Below, in pieces: positions 51,228 to 63,862 of a stretch of 64,000 bases of DNA. Position 1 is the first letter of the stretch; every line of letters begins with the position of its first letter. The stretch comes from Trichosphaerium sp. ATCC 40318 (Eukaryota > Protista > Tubulinea), in NCBI GenBank assembly GCA_038496445.1, contig JALMLS010000341.1, positions 1-64,000 on the forward strand, written 5' to 3'. The position numbers and the translations under genes were made by a program. The notes below the pieces were generated by a model that worked only from the letters and a program-made list of their open reading frames with translations, had not been told where the DNA came from and ran no database searches.

Positions 51228-52279
51228 ATGCACCATGTTTACCCTATTGCTCCCAAATGCACTGTACGTAATTTTAAACATAGTATCACTTTCCTGTTAA
51301 TACTAAATAGAAATGTACTGCAATACAAGAAGTTATATGCATACTGGACCTTCCAGTGGAGCTACAACTTGATATTATGGACTTAGACAATGAAGTATAT
51401 CTAATTTGGCCTCTGTTAGCATCAACAACGGCAACAGCAACAAGATTTGATTGTGATATGAACAAACATGGGAAATGGCAAAGAAAAAGTAGTACGACTG
51501 TACAACTTTTAAAGCAGGAGAATTGGAACCATGGTAAACGAAATGGAGAGTTTAAAGAGTGGAGAAAGAATGGTAATATATCTAAACAGTATCAATGTAT
51601 AGATGACAAAAGAGAAGGAGAGTACAAGTCATGGCACTATAATGGACAACTGAGTACTAAGAGTTACTATGTCAATGGTAAGCAAGAAGGAGATGAAAAA
51701 AAGTGGCGTCAGGATGGTCAATTGTTTAGGCAATATCAGTATGTTAATGGGAAACGACAAGGTTGTTTAAAATCATGGCATACTAATGGTCAATTGTCTT
51801 TGGAGTGTTACTATGTTGATGATAAGCAAGAAGGAGTTGAAAAGCAGTGGTATAATAGTGGTAGTATACGTGAGGAGTCACATTACGTTAATGATAATAA
51901 AGAAGGAGAATACAAGTTCTGGTATAGGAATAGTCAATTATGTATTCATTGTCATTTTGTTAATGATAAGAAAAAAGGACCGTATAAAGAGTGGAACAAA
52001 CTTGGTTTTTTGATAAAGCAATGTCATTACTACAATGATAAAATAGAAGGAGCGGTAGAGCATTGGCTTAATGGTAGATTATGGAAGCGATTTGAATATG
52101 TCAATGATAAAATGCATGGAGATTACAAGTGTTGGAATTCAAATAGCCAACTTATTGGCCAGTGTAATTATGTAAATGGCAAAATGCATGGAAAGTTTAA
52201 AGAGTGGCTTAGCAATGGCGAACTGCGACTTCACTACTTCGTTAATGGTAAACGAACACAAGAACAAAGCAACGATTAG
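51228..52279 (+). CDS. F-box-like motif + MORN-variant (YwqK-like) repeat protein
   Basis: Exon 1 MHHVYPIAPKCT, intron 51264-51310, then ILDLPVELQLDIMDLD and ~11 repeats of YVNGKxEGExKxWxxNGQL. Confidence 0.75.
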
Positions 52280-52548
52280 TAACATTACAGAAAGTGCAAC
52301 AAGCTACAAAAGTTGGTTTTGACCCACATACCTGTTACGCCACGGTTTGAGGATGTTGGATCATAATTTTTTTAGCTTGTTTACAGCGAAGCTTTTTCAT
52401 TGTTAAGTGCGTTACATGATGCTCATGGATCTCTAAATGCAACAAGTATGTATGATCTAATGTTCGAAGCACATCCACCAAGTAATGATACTAGTGTTGC
52501 TACAACTAACCAAAAAACATTCATCCACAAGTGTATCTGAGTTTATTT

Positions 52549-53631
52549 TTATTTTTTTCTTTGCTTACTGCGCTTTTTTTTGGGTTTGGTATGATTATAC
52601 TCTTCTGATCCACTTGTACTTTGTTCTGACTTGTTACTTTGATTTTTCTCTTCTTGTTTTTTCACGATGAATGCCATAATTTTAGATGACAATAATTCGA
52701 TGGCTTCTGTCACTGCAAAATCAAATCATTAAACTAATTCACTTCACAAACAAAATTCATACCATTTATTGAGTCTTTGGATGATGTCTCTAAAAACTCC
52801 ATATTGTGAGTATCAGCAAACGCCTGAAATAGTTTGTGAGTTTTAAGTAAAATGATAACGCAGAATGATGTTTGTTACCTTAGCAGTATCAGTATCAATA
52901 ACACGGTCTGCTGTTAGATCGCATTTAGTTCCCACAAGTATTTTTTGGATGCTGTCTCTCGCATATCTTTCAAGCTCATTCATCCACTTGACCAAATTAT
53001 CAAAAGTCTCTTGGCGTGTTATGTCGTAAGTTAACATAACACCATTATAATCTCTGTAGGAAGGAAATTGTCTCACTGCACCTAATAGAAACCTACCACT
53101 AATATCGTGAACATTTAGCCTAAGAATCTTTTCGTCTTCTATCTTGATATCTTTTGTTTTCTAAACGTAGATAAAGATAAATCATTGTCACGTGATTTTA
53201 TTGAGCAAAAAGCATTACACCACAGGGTAAAAACGTGTTAAGTTCTTTTTGTACTTGTAAAATTGCGCACTTTTTCTGGACCATTGGATTTGGAGAATAT
53301 GTATTCCTCTGTAAATGTGTCGTCGGCGAATCTAAGCACAAGACTACTTATCCCAACCTTAAAATCTCCAATTGGTGCTATGTTGAATAAATAATCGCTT
53401 TGGTTAACAAGAAGTGTCAGTAAATAGAAATACAAATAAACTGAGCGTCTTACTAGTCTTTTGGAGCCTCTTTGATAACCTTCCTAGGTTTTGAAGGCAC
53501 TATGTGCGCTGTTAGTTAATCAAAATCGACAGCAACTGCGTTAAATAAAAGAGCAATAGAGAAGAAAAATCAGTTTAGCTACCTGGAGTGTTAGCTGTGG
53601 GCTTTACTTCTTTACTGCTTTTATGGCCCAT
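52549..53631 (-). CDS. Divergent Rab1-like protein (probable pseudo-GTPase) with an N-myristoylation motif and a polybasic, Cys-free tail
   Basis: MGHKSS..; [28 protein letters not shown]; DISGR; [12 protein letters not shown]; VGTKCDL; ETSSKD; ends [11 protein letters not shown]. Confidence 0.75.
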
Positions 53632-54000
53632 GGAACTGCAAATTATAGGCAGCGCTGTAGGGGTCTACGAAGGGTACGTAGAGAGTAGTGCACAAATAAT
53701 TCATGCGTTTGATAACCGTTTGCTTAACCTTTGTTAAATAAACACTTGATAAACGCCCGCAAGAAGCAATCAATTGCTATTATGAGTGGCCAATATATTA
53801 TCGGATGAGCAAGACCTGGGTAAGTTGAAAAGTGGGATTATATTCCAAATGCCTACATCCCTAGGTAAGAAGACTGCAATATCACCTACTCTAGCATGCA
53901 CGTGGTAGTAACGAGGTGATACTTTGGCGAGAAGACAATGTACATGGTACTTTCAAGCACAAACGTCTTACGGTAGCTAAAATCGAATAAGACAAGGTAC

Positions 54001-56969
54001 ATGGCTAAAAAGCAAAATATAACGCCAGATGAATATGAATTACTAAATTCGTAAGTTAAAGGACACTACGTTCAAAGCCTTTTCATATCGCCTAAATCGT
54101 GATTTTCTGGTAAAGCATAAAAGAGATCTCAGGTGTATGTAAATCCATTTTTAAGTTGCATTCTTTCTTCAACAATCAATGTGAGCCTTTGTCATTGTAG
54201 TGGATTTTTACTCAGATAACTAGTGTTCGGAACATAATGCTGCCTTACTATCCTTCAAAACAAAAAGCGCACGTGACATACATAAAATAGTCACGTTTTT
54301 TCAAACAGCTTTAAACTAGAGTTGATGGAGATAGATAGCGATACAGCTGTTTTAAAAACAGTCACAGATGATACTAAGGATACTAGCAAGCCTCTTAGAA
54401 GAATAATTAGTCCTGGAACACTAGACTCGCCTGTTACACAACTAAGAGATGCCACTATACTTCGTATATCTGTACACAAGGCGGAAAACTTCTCATTCGG
54501 TGGAGAAGTTTACATTGCGTTTTACTTTCCACAGACAAACGCTTCAGCACGAACTAGGCGTACGATACCCCACGAACCCTCGAATTTATAAATCTTGTAG
54601 CCATAAACTTGGCAAAGCGAGAAGGATGGTATCAGAGGTTATACGTACCACTTACGTCGAAAGAACTTGATTTTCCTGTTCATATCAAAGTTAAATCAAA
54701 AGGGATCTTAAAAGGAAAAGAAGTGCGTCTAATGAATGTCTGATACTGTAAATGATATCCTTTAGCTTGCTGGAGTACTGTGGGGAGGTTTATCAAGCCT
54801 TCAGATAGGTGACAAGTGCGTACTGTAAATAAAACCTCGGCACGCTGAAGCGCGTGTTTGGTGTTAACTTTCTGCAAGTGACGCTTGTATCGATTTCGCT
54901 TCTTCTGGATTCAAATACATGAAGCTGTATTTGACTATAAACCTACAAAAAGAAGCAGTACCACTACCGTTTCTCAAAAAATCAGTCAAGTACGGAGAAA
55001 AACAGCTTGCACAAAATTTTTTGTCTCAATTTGTAATCATTTTCTCTCCAAATCACGTGATTTTTTTTGCAATATTGTTAATTTATGCTTTTAGTGAAAT
55101 GCCTCAAGTTCATATAAGTGTACCTCTGCGTACTTATCATAGTGGAGAAAACATTGAAGGAACTTTACACGTTGCTACTCATGAGCTCATAAAGCCTTCT
55201 CGAGGTGTATATATTGGGCTGTTTGGAGTTGTATGTTTGCCTCGAGATTTGTTTATCACCTCGTGTTTACACGTGTTGTAGGAACGGGTTCAATGGACAA
55301 GACAAACTGCATCAGACATGCCTGTTACATACCAAGGAAGACGCATTTTACTTGGCATTGCCACGTGTTTGTTCAAAAAGGTTGGACCAATTTGGTTTTT
55401 TTATTGGTAGTTTAATTTGGATTTTTAGGATATCTTACCTGGTCATCATGTATTTCCATTCTCTGCACCATTACCAAGAGAGTTACCATCATCTTTTTTA
55501 AAACGTAGAGGCGACTTGGCTGATATCTCATACCAAGTTCGAGGTTTCATAGACAAGTTCCAACGTGCTGCACCTGAGATCAAAAAACCTGCTGCTGTTA
55601 AAAAAGTGGGTAACTTCTTTGCAAAGCCACAAAAACCGAACTTCTCAGCTAGTACGTTTAATATTAAACTTTGTGTAAACTATATCACCTTACAAAGGAT
55701 TATTAAAGTCGCTGGTATTGATGTTGTGGAACAAATGGATGAAGAAGATTACCCAAAAAAACTCGATTTCACTCATGCAAAGACTGGTATTAAATTCGCT
55801 GTCGAATACGAAAAAGCAGTACACTATATTGATGATCCAAAAGAGCTAAAATTCTCAATTGTACGATTTACAAAGCAAGCCTGTTGGGCGCTGTTTCCAA
55901 GAAACAAATTTTTTTGTATTTTTTTCTCTAATTTCTTCTTTTAAGTTCATCGAAAATACAACAGAAAAGGTCCTCCAAGTAGTTGTTATTAAGTTTGAAA
56001 TGGTCCAATTCTTACGAACTAAAGGCGCCAAATCTTCTTCCAGGTACTATACTACCCTGCTGCCTGCGCTGTGCAGGCAGTATGGGGTTTTACCCTATTT
56101 AAGTCAACTGTTTTTCGGTTAAAAAAATATCACGTTGTGCTCCTGCTTCTTGAGGATTGTTTGAAAGGTGTGCTAATAATGTTATATAGGAATGTCATGA
56201 GCAGAATTAAGGTAAACTACACGGTAGAACCACATAATACAATAAAGAGACCTGTGTCTTTAAAATTCGACGCTAAAGCTAAATTATTTTGGCCAAGTCT
56301 TCCTGCGCTACGACATATATCAAGAACATATCAAGTGCGCCTTAAAACCAAACTAAAAAGTACGTGACTGAAGGCTTAAAAAAAAACGATTTTCAACTAT
56401 TTCCATGTTGGTTTTAACCATTTCTAAGCACGTGCAATCGGTGTTGCTTTTCCATATCAAGTATGTGGCCATCCACGTGCTAGACAAGTTAGTAAAGGAA
56501 AGAAACCAAGTTTCATACTACAAACTCAAGACGAATCTGCTAGCGAAGGGTCAGAAGATAGTTGCGGTTTCAGTGTTGTATCTCTTGCTGGGTAAGAAGT
56601 TGTAGTTTATGAATTTTTTCCACTTTTTTTCTTGTTGTTTTACTCCTTTTTGTGGTTGTTTATTTTTTATCTAGTCGTAAACCTATAGCATCACATACAT
56701 CTCTTGGTGATTTATGGAAACCTCTTGACGAAAATACTGAACAAAACGTCGATGCTGGTGAACAAAAACAGCTTGTTAATGTTGATGAAAGTGATGAGAA
56801 TAAAGAAGATGATGAAGAAGATGAGAGTGATGACGGTGAAGTAAAGGTTGATGATTTTATGTTAAGAAAACAAGGTGATGACGAAAAGGACATAGTCACA
56901 CCTATAATAAGATCTGATTTGGTAACAGTAAATCCATTCCAATCTGGACATTTCTTATACGTCCAATAA
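54001..56969 (+). CDS. C2-like + arrestin-domain protein with acidic tail; 5' end approximate
   Basis: RISVHKAENF (C2-like); RTYHSGENIEGTLHV..GVYIGLFGVE; LPGHHVFPFSAPLPRELPSSF..ISYQVRGFIDK. Confidence 0.65.
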
Positions 56970-57379
56970 ACTTTTAAACAAAAACTACTAGTAATAAAAC
57001 CATTAGTTTGTATCTATTGTTGATGGCAGTCAAGTTATTCAAAATAAGTAACAATTATTATTAACAAAGTCAACTCTGCAATTTTTGCCAACAAAAAGGG
57101 CTACATCTGGAACATTACAAAGTGGGCAAGTCAACAATATTCCTAATAATTGTTTTCACTTGATGCTGTTGAGTCTTAGGTAGTGGAATGAAAGTTGACT
57201 ATTGTCTCTTTTTCTAAACACATGATTACCTTGTTCTTAACCGAAACACCAGGCTTATCCAGCCATGATTTTTGTAGAAGTGCATTCATGTCATTCACTA
57301 AATGTGTCATATTTGATGGGCGAATATGAGCTCTCACTTCATCAGGCTAATAAACTTGTTAGCGCAAGTTGTTGTTAAT

Positions 57380-58290
57380 GTACATCAGAAAAGTATCCTT
57401 CTTCATGGTTTTGTATCCCAAAGGCTTCATGTGTATCTAGACTCATGTCAACATTGTCTAGAATGTGCTAAACTTGGTGCTGGAATCAAGGTTACTTTGT
57501 TTTCGATCTTCTTTTAACTCTTCTAAAGCTGGCCTAACAAAAGACGGATTGCAATTAACTCTTGGAACAAACTATATTGGCCATTTCTTGCTCAAAAGTC
57601 TCTTGTTGGAGAATCTAATGGTATGCTACTAAACCACCATAATCATGAAACATTTGCACACAAAGATAGATACAAAGAGCCTTTTTAGGTTCCACATATG
57701 CGCTTTTTGTTGCTGTATTTTTTAACTATTCACAATTGGTTCACCGTCTCACGTAATTAATAGGATGTGGTAGTACGTGTTTTAGTTATTGTTGTCAAAT
57801 CTTTGATAACAACGCATAGTACATATGGGTGCTGACCTTGTCGCATTGGAGACTGCTAGAGAAGAAGCTACTGGCATGATTAAGCCTTCAGAACCTCAGC
57901 TTGCAAATGCAATGTTCACCAAAGAACTTGCTAAACGTATTCGTGATAATGCTTTATCCGCATTTTGCGTGAACCCTGGTGTGGCATCTTCAGGTTTATT
58001 AAGGTTAGACAATTTATAAACTGACAAACTCAATGAAAATACCTTGGATTAATTGGGAACTACTGTTAAAGACTTGTACGAAATAATTTTGTGCTCTTTC
58101 TACTGTTACAGTTTACTCTATAGTATTTTGAAGAACGGTACGTGTACTCTGCCACAAGCAAAAGTACACAATTGATTGCAGTTTTTGTTCTGACTACATA
58201 GTGTTTCAGAACACTAAAGCTTGACAATGATACAGCTGTATCTCAAAGAACTTGCCCGTAAATCCAAACTAGCGAAGAAGCTCTGTACTG
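57380..58290 (+). pseudogene. Degraded RDH/WWOX-like short-chain dehydrogenase
   Basis: Fragments LTKDGLQLTLGTNYIGHFLL..LLENL and QLANAMFTKELAKR..CVNPGVASSGLLR; no intact TGxxxGIG or YxxxK found. Confidence 0.55.
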
Positions 58291-58882
58291 ACGAAAAAAC
58301 CCAACCTTGTATTAATTCAATTTTTTATACCACTTTAAAACTTGTGTATTAGTTTCTTTTACTACAACAAGAGATCAAACAAAGAGTTGACAAATAATTC
58401 AATCTACAAACTGTAAGCATAATTAAGGTCACTTGCGGGCAACGCTTGAGATTGACTTATACCGAAAGTTTAGATCGAAGGAGTGAAAGTTGTAAAATCA
58501 ACTATGTTCCAAATACATCAAAAAGCTTTACTGTATCTTATTGACACTCCTATTGTAGCTTCAAGCTTTGTAAATCGACCATTGCCTTGTGGCCCAATAG
58601 TGCCGTATTGTCAGCCATGTGGGTGCCAATATTCGACGAAAATCGATGAGCACAAGTTTCGGTTTGTGTTTTGGTACGTTTGGTGTTACCGAATTTTGCA
58701 CTACCTATTTGAGATACTCGTTTTCATTACTGACAGTGCAAGCTGACATTCGTGCTGTATTCCGTTTTATGAAGTCGGTTAAGGAGTGCTGGCTTAAGTT
58801 TCAGTCTTTACGTGCTTTGGAGAATAGAATACTCACATTTAAACGACTAGGACAACATAAAACAATAGTGACAAACGAAACA

Positions 58883-61384
58883 ATGCAGATATTCATTAAA
58901 ACACTCACTGGTAAAACTATTACAGTAGAAATAGACCCAAACGACTCAATAGATGAGATAAAACAAAAAATACAGGATAAAGAAGGTTTGTACAGCGTTT
59001 AAGCTGCTTTATGGTTAAAAATAGCCGTGCTAATAAAACAAACAAGGAATACTACCAGATCAGCAGCGGTTGATATTTGCTGGTAAAATACTTGAGGATG
59101 GGCGTTCCGCACAAGACTACAACATACAAAAGGTAGCGACTTTTTAGCTGAAAGCGAAAAAGAAAGAAAGACCTCTGCAATAGTTGAGTTCTCTGACCCT
59201 TCATGTTAGGAAACTACTCTACATATGGTCCTTGGATTAAGGGGTCCTTCACCTTCGATTGGATTTTCTGTTGGTGGTGCAAGAGACTTTGGAACTTTTG
59301 TTCAATGCATTAAAAATAACACTTTGCCTAAACACTCTAGCATCTCATACGAGGTACGTATTTGATACACATTGGTTGTTTTTCGTATAGTGCGGAATAC
59401 ATGTTTGTAGATCTAAGCACGTGATAGGGCGTATTCCAAAAGTACTTCTTTGATACTGCAAACGATGAAGAAGATAAACCTGATGAGCTGTTTTTTCCTA
59501 CTTTCGCGTTTGCACAATCACCTGGTACGTTGTTCTACTTTAGTTCTTGTCGTTTTAAATCAATAATCTAATTAATCTATAGATCCTTTGAACGGAGAAC
59601 CTTGTCATTACATGACTGTAGGTTTAAACAGTAACGAGAGCCAAGCTGAGTTTAAAAGAAAAATGCTCAACTTGGTAGTTGTTTTAGACATTAGGTTTGT
59701 TCTGTTTATTGTACTACCACCAAACTTATAACCTTTAGCGGTTCTATGAACAGGAGTTTCCAGGGAGGAAATGTGACAAAGATGGCTATTGCCAATAAAG
59801 CGTAAGAAGAAAAGTTTCAGCTTTTTTGTTTCATTAATCAATCCTAATTTCTTTTTAGTGTTGTCAGTCTCACAAGACACTTAAAGCTTGGCGAAGATAA
59901 CTTTTGTTTGATCTTGTTTGATAATGAAACGCAAGTATTCCATCCTTTTGGACCTCTTCCAGAAGGCAACGAATTAAACAAACTTCATGAAGGAATTCTT
60001 AGAATTAACACAAGAGGCTCCACAAACATGTCAAAAGGTACAATGAGTTCTTCAAACCTCTGATTAACCTTTCGTCATAATAGGATTTAAAGCTGGTTTC
60101 CAAACGCTTGAAAACAATTGCAAACTCTGCGATCCTGCTTTATATGAAAATCGTGTTATTTTTATTACAGATGACATGCCAAATGCTGGTGATACACGCC
60201 CACAGGTATGTGCTTTTACATCTCTAGTTTTGGTTTGTCTGGTTTGTTAATGGACAAAATGTAGTCTCTTTTGGGGCTTATTAAGACGGCATCAGAAAAG
60301 AATATTTATACTTCCCTAATTCATGTTGGATTTGATTGTGGTTCAACTTTAGGTGTAGCTATTACTAAGTCCAAGTAAGCTTTTCCCTATTTTTTACCTG
60401 CCATCTTGAATCATATTCGTTGTTAATCCGTTTATAGAGGTGCAAACTACATGTCTGTTACGTCGGAGAAGAGTTTCCATAAAACTTTGGACGAAGAGTT
60501 TGAGTACTTGGTTACGCCTTTGGTTTTTGACTTGAAACTCAACTTAGAGAAAGGTATGTCCAAACGCATCAATAAGTTTACTAAATAGTACTTTTGTAAA
60601 GGCCCTTGGACAATAGAAGAGATTTACGGTTCTCCTGAAGCCAATTCAACAACTGGTATGATAGGTCTCTGTTTCCTTTTTTTTTTTCTTATTGTTTTGT
60701 GTAGGAAGTCTGATTAGCGTCGGTACTCTATTTCCATCTCCTACAGATGACGAAGGTCAAACAAAGGGTGGCATAGGTACGATAGCACATAGTTATTACA
60801 ACAAAAGTGGGATTAGTATTGGCTCTCTTCTAAACAATTTTAGTGCTACTTAAGATGAAAACAAACGACTTAAATGCACCTCTTAACTTTTCGATTTCTT
60901 ATGAAGACAGGACTGGCAAAAAAAGCGCTAACAAGTACACTGCTTCCACGCCAGAATCATTTATAAAGCCAGGAACATTCTATCAAAACACTGGAATTAG
61001 AAAGGTACTATTCGAAGTAGTTCTTTGTGACTAAGCGTAGTGCTTTAGGGTGTTCTTTTGACAAGAATGGTTACTATGTTGAAGCAATGGTGTGTTGATG
61101 AAATGAATAATTTTGACAGCGGTATGGATATGAAGACTGGTATCTTCTCTTCAGTAAAACTTCCAGAAGATGTGAATGAAAAAAATTGCAATACTAAAGT
61201 ACACGTGATTTGAGATTGTTAATCTAATTGTTTTCTTCAGATATCTCCAAAAATGAAGGCTGTTTTCAAGAAGTTTATTGAACATTTCGAGGCAGAGTCT
61301 GATGAAATTGAAGATGAAACACTTGATGAAGAGCTCAAGATGGTAGAAACCATATTTAATTCACGATGTGTAGCAATATGCTAA
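58883..61384 (+). CDS. Ubiquitin-like domain fused to a prokaryote-type vWA-domain protein
   Basis: [51 protein letters not shown], then [60 protein letters not shown]. Confidence 0.85.
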
Positions 61385-62100
61385 AGAGATCACTGAGATA
61401 ATTAAAACCAACTCAAAAAGTGCTTTTTACGGAGATATCGATGTTAGCCTTATTTATAAAAATGCAAAATCATTTTAACTTAATCTCTCGCGTAGAGGTG
61501 TCTTGCTACTTACCTGTCAAACTCAACAAACCCTTTAAGAAATGCCAGCTACTCACTAAACTCAAAAAAGAAGGTGTAGACAGGTTAGCGTGCCCAAGAG
61601 TTGCTTTTGAATCTCTTGGAAAAAATTAACTTTTTTGGGTATTGCCAGCTTGCTTTAAGTCAATCAAGAGTCTTGGTTAATAGGCATGTGGTCAACCACA
61701 TTGCAACTTGCAATCAATCTAAGAAAGTGTGAATTTCAGTGTCAGAGTTTTATACCCAGGCGAAATGATTGGAAAGCATTTTTCTTCTTTAAACGTACAC
61801 CGTCAAAGTAGCTAAAGAGCTATCTGATTGAGAAAAAGCGTGACTAAACATGTATTCTAAGAATAGCAAAGGATAACTGTAACACAGGACATGTGCTACC
61901 GCTAGAGGCTTGCGTTTTTAGTGGAGTAGAGCACTCATAAGGAGTTTATGCATGACTAGGGCCTACAGCACGTCGGAACAATTCTTGGTACTACTTAACC
62001 TCACAAAAGCAAATTAAACTAGACGATTCATAGCAGCAAGTGATTTAACTTTCTAGTATTTTAGCGGCTAGCTTTTATTCTTTAGCTCTTTTGGTAAGGT

Positions 62101-63587
62101 CTGCTGACATTGCCAAACGATATTCAACTTTACATATGCTCGCTCGATAAAGAAGTTTACATAAAATATCACCTACTGTCTACTGCAGCTGCTAAAAACA
62201 CTCACTTTACGAATGATTTTAGAAAAAAGGGTATCTGGAAGCGGTGGTATTCAACAGGAGAGTTAAAACGCATGATTCAACTACCTGTTGGCGAGATAAA
62301 ACAATGGTATAAAAACGGACAACTTCAGGCGCATTACTACCATATATACGGAAAGCATGCTTTAGCAGCTGCAGTATCAATTGTTCTATTTACAAGGCAA
62401 ACTTCATGGTGAGAGAAAGAAGTGGCACTCAAATGGGCAGATTGTTAAACAAAGCTTCTTTGAAAATGGAAAAAGGACAGGAAAGCATCAAGAGTGGCAC
62501 GAAAACGGACAGGTAGCACAAGGAATGCTGAAAAACGACAAGTATGAAGGAATACTCCAAAAGTGGTATGAAAATGGTAATATGAAAGCATATACAAGCG
62601 TCACAGATGGAATAAAAGAAGGTGAAATGAAAGAGTGGTATGAAAATGGCAAACTAAAGATACACTACTTTCGTCAATGCAAAAAAGTGGCGAGGTTTGA
62701 AGAATATTTTGAGAATGGAAACCTTAAATCTTGTTTGTTCTTCGAAGATAGCACAGATGACTTCTATAACCAAGAGATGATCAAAGAAGGTAACATTAAA
62801 ACTATTAATGGCAAACAATGTCTAAAAGAAACGCACTACCACGAAAATGGAACAAGAAAATTAGAAAAATTCTGTTGCAATGGTAAGCCTTACGGCACTG
62901 CAAAACAGTGGAATGAAGATGGCCAAATTACATCTTGTGTTGAGGTAAAGAATGGCATACCGTATGGCAAGAGTGTCATGTACAAAGATGGATTAATAAG
63001 ATAAAAAGCGCTATGTTTAAGAACGGAAAGAAGAATGGTAAATACAAGGAGTGGCATGAAAATACTCAACTTGCGTTGCGTATTATATTGATGATGTGAT
63101 GGAAGGACTAGTGGAAAAATGGTATGAAAATGGACAAATGAAACAGGTTTATACGATTCACAATGGCAAAAAAGAAGGAGAACGTAATGCTGGTACAGTA
63201 ATGGACAGTTATCATCAACGATTTTGGAAACACGGCTTAGAACATGGAGAATGTAGACAATGGTATGAAAATGGTAAACTACAAGTACGGTATGAAGCAA
63301 AGAATGGTAAAACGGCAGGAAAGTATGAAGAGTTCTACGACAATGGACAACTACGCAAGCGCTTCTACAAATGGGATGATAAAGTACAAGGCGAAGTAAA
63401 ACGTTGGCACAGGAATGGACAGTTGTATTTACAGTTTTATGTAAAAGGCAGTATTCCTCATGGAGAAGAAAAAGAGTGGCATCCCAATGAACAAATGAGA
63501 CGATGTTTGACTCGTGTCAATGGAGAAGCTGAAGTTTACTTAGGATGTGTGGTCAAATTTACGTTAAGAATGTATTCTACTTCATGA
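62101..63587 (+). pseudogene. F-box-like + MORN-variant repeat gene disrupted by several frameshifts
   Basis: LLTLPNDIQLYICSLDKEVY (paralogous to 51228-52279); repeat frame switches near 62365, 63002, 63080, 63187 and 63215. Confidence 0.7.
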
Positions 63588-63862
63588 AGTAATAATACGT
63601 TTGACGAGATGAGTTTTACGCACGTGTTAAAAACAACGGCTCATTTTTGGCTACATTTAGTTCTGGTCGAGTGAACTACATTCTTCCATTTGGCAAACAA
63701 GCTTGGTTTGTAATTTGTGGCCAAAGCACACTGAGGTGGTTTGACGCGAAAAAAAATAGCATTTTTAGTTTGAATAAAACTAGGTATATACACGCACAAA
63801 CGCTCTGTATTACACAAAACCTTGTTGGATTGTGGTTGTGTTGACCCATTGTTTATTACATG

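Noticed and set aside
62340-63220. Programmed frameshifting or insertional editing in the MORN gene
   Set aside because: Shifts differ in size and context and one coincides with a partial repeat deletion; decay or assembly error is simpler
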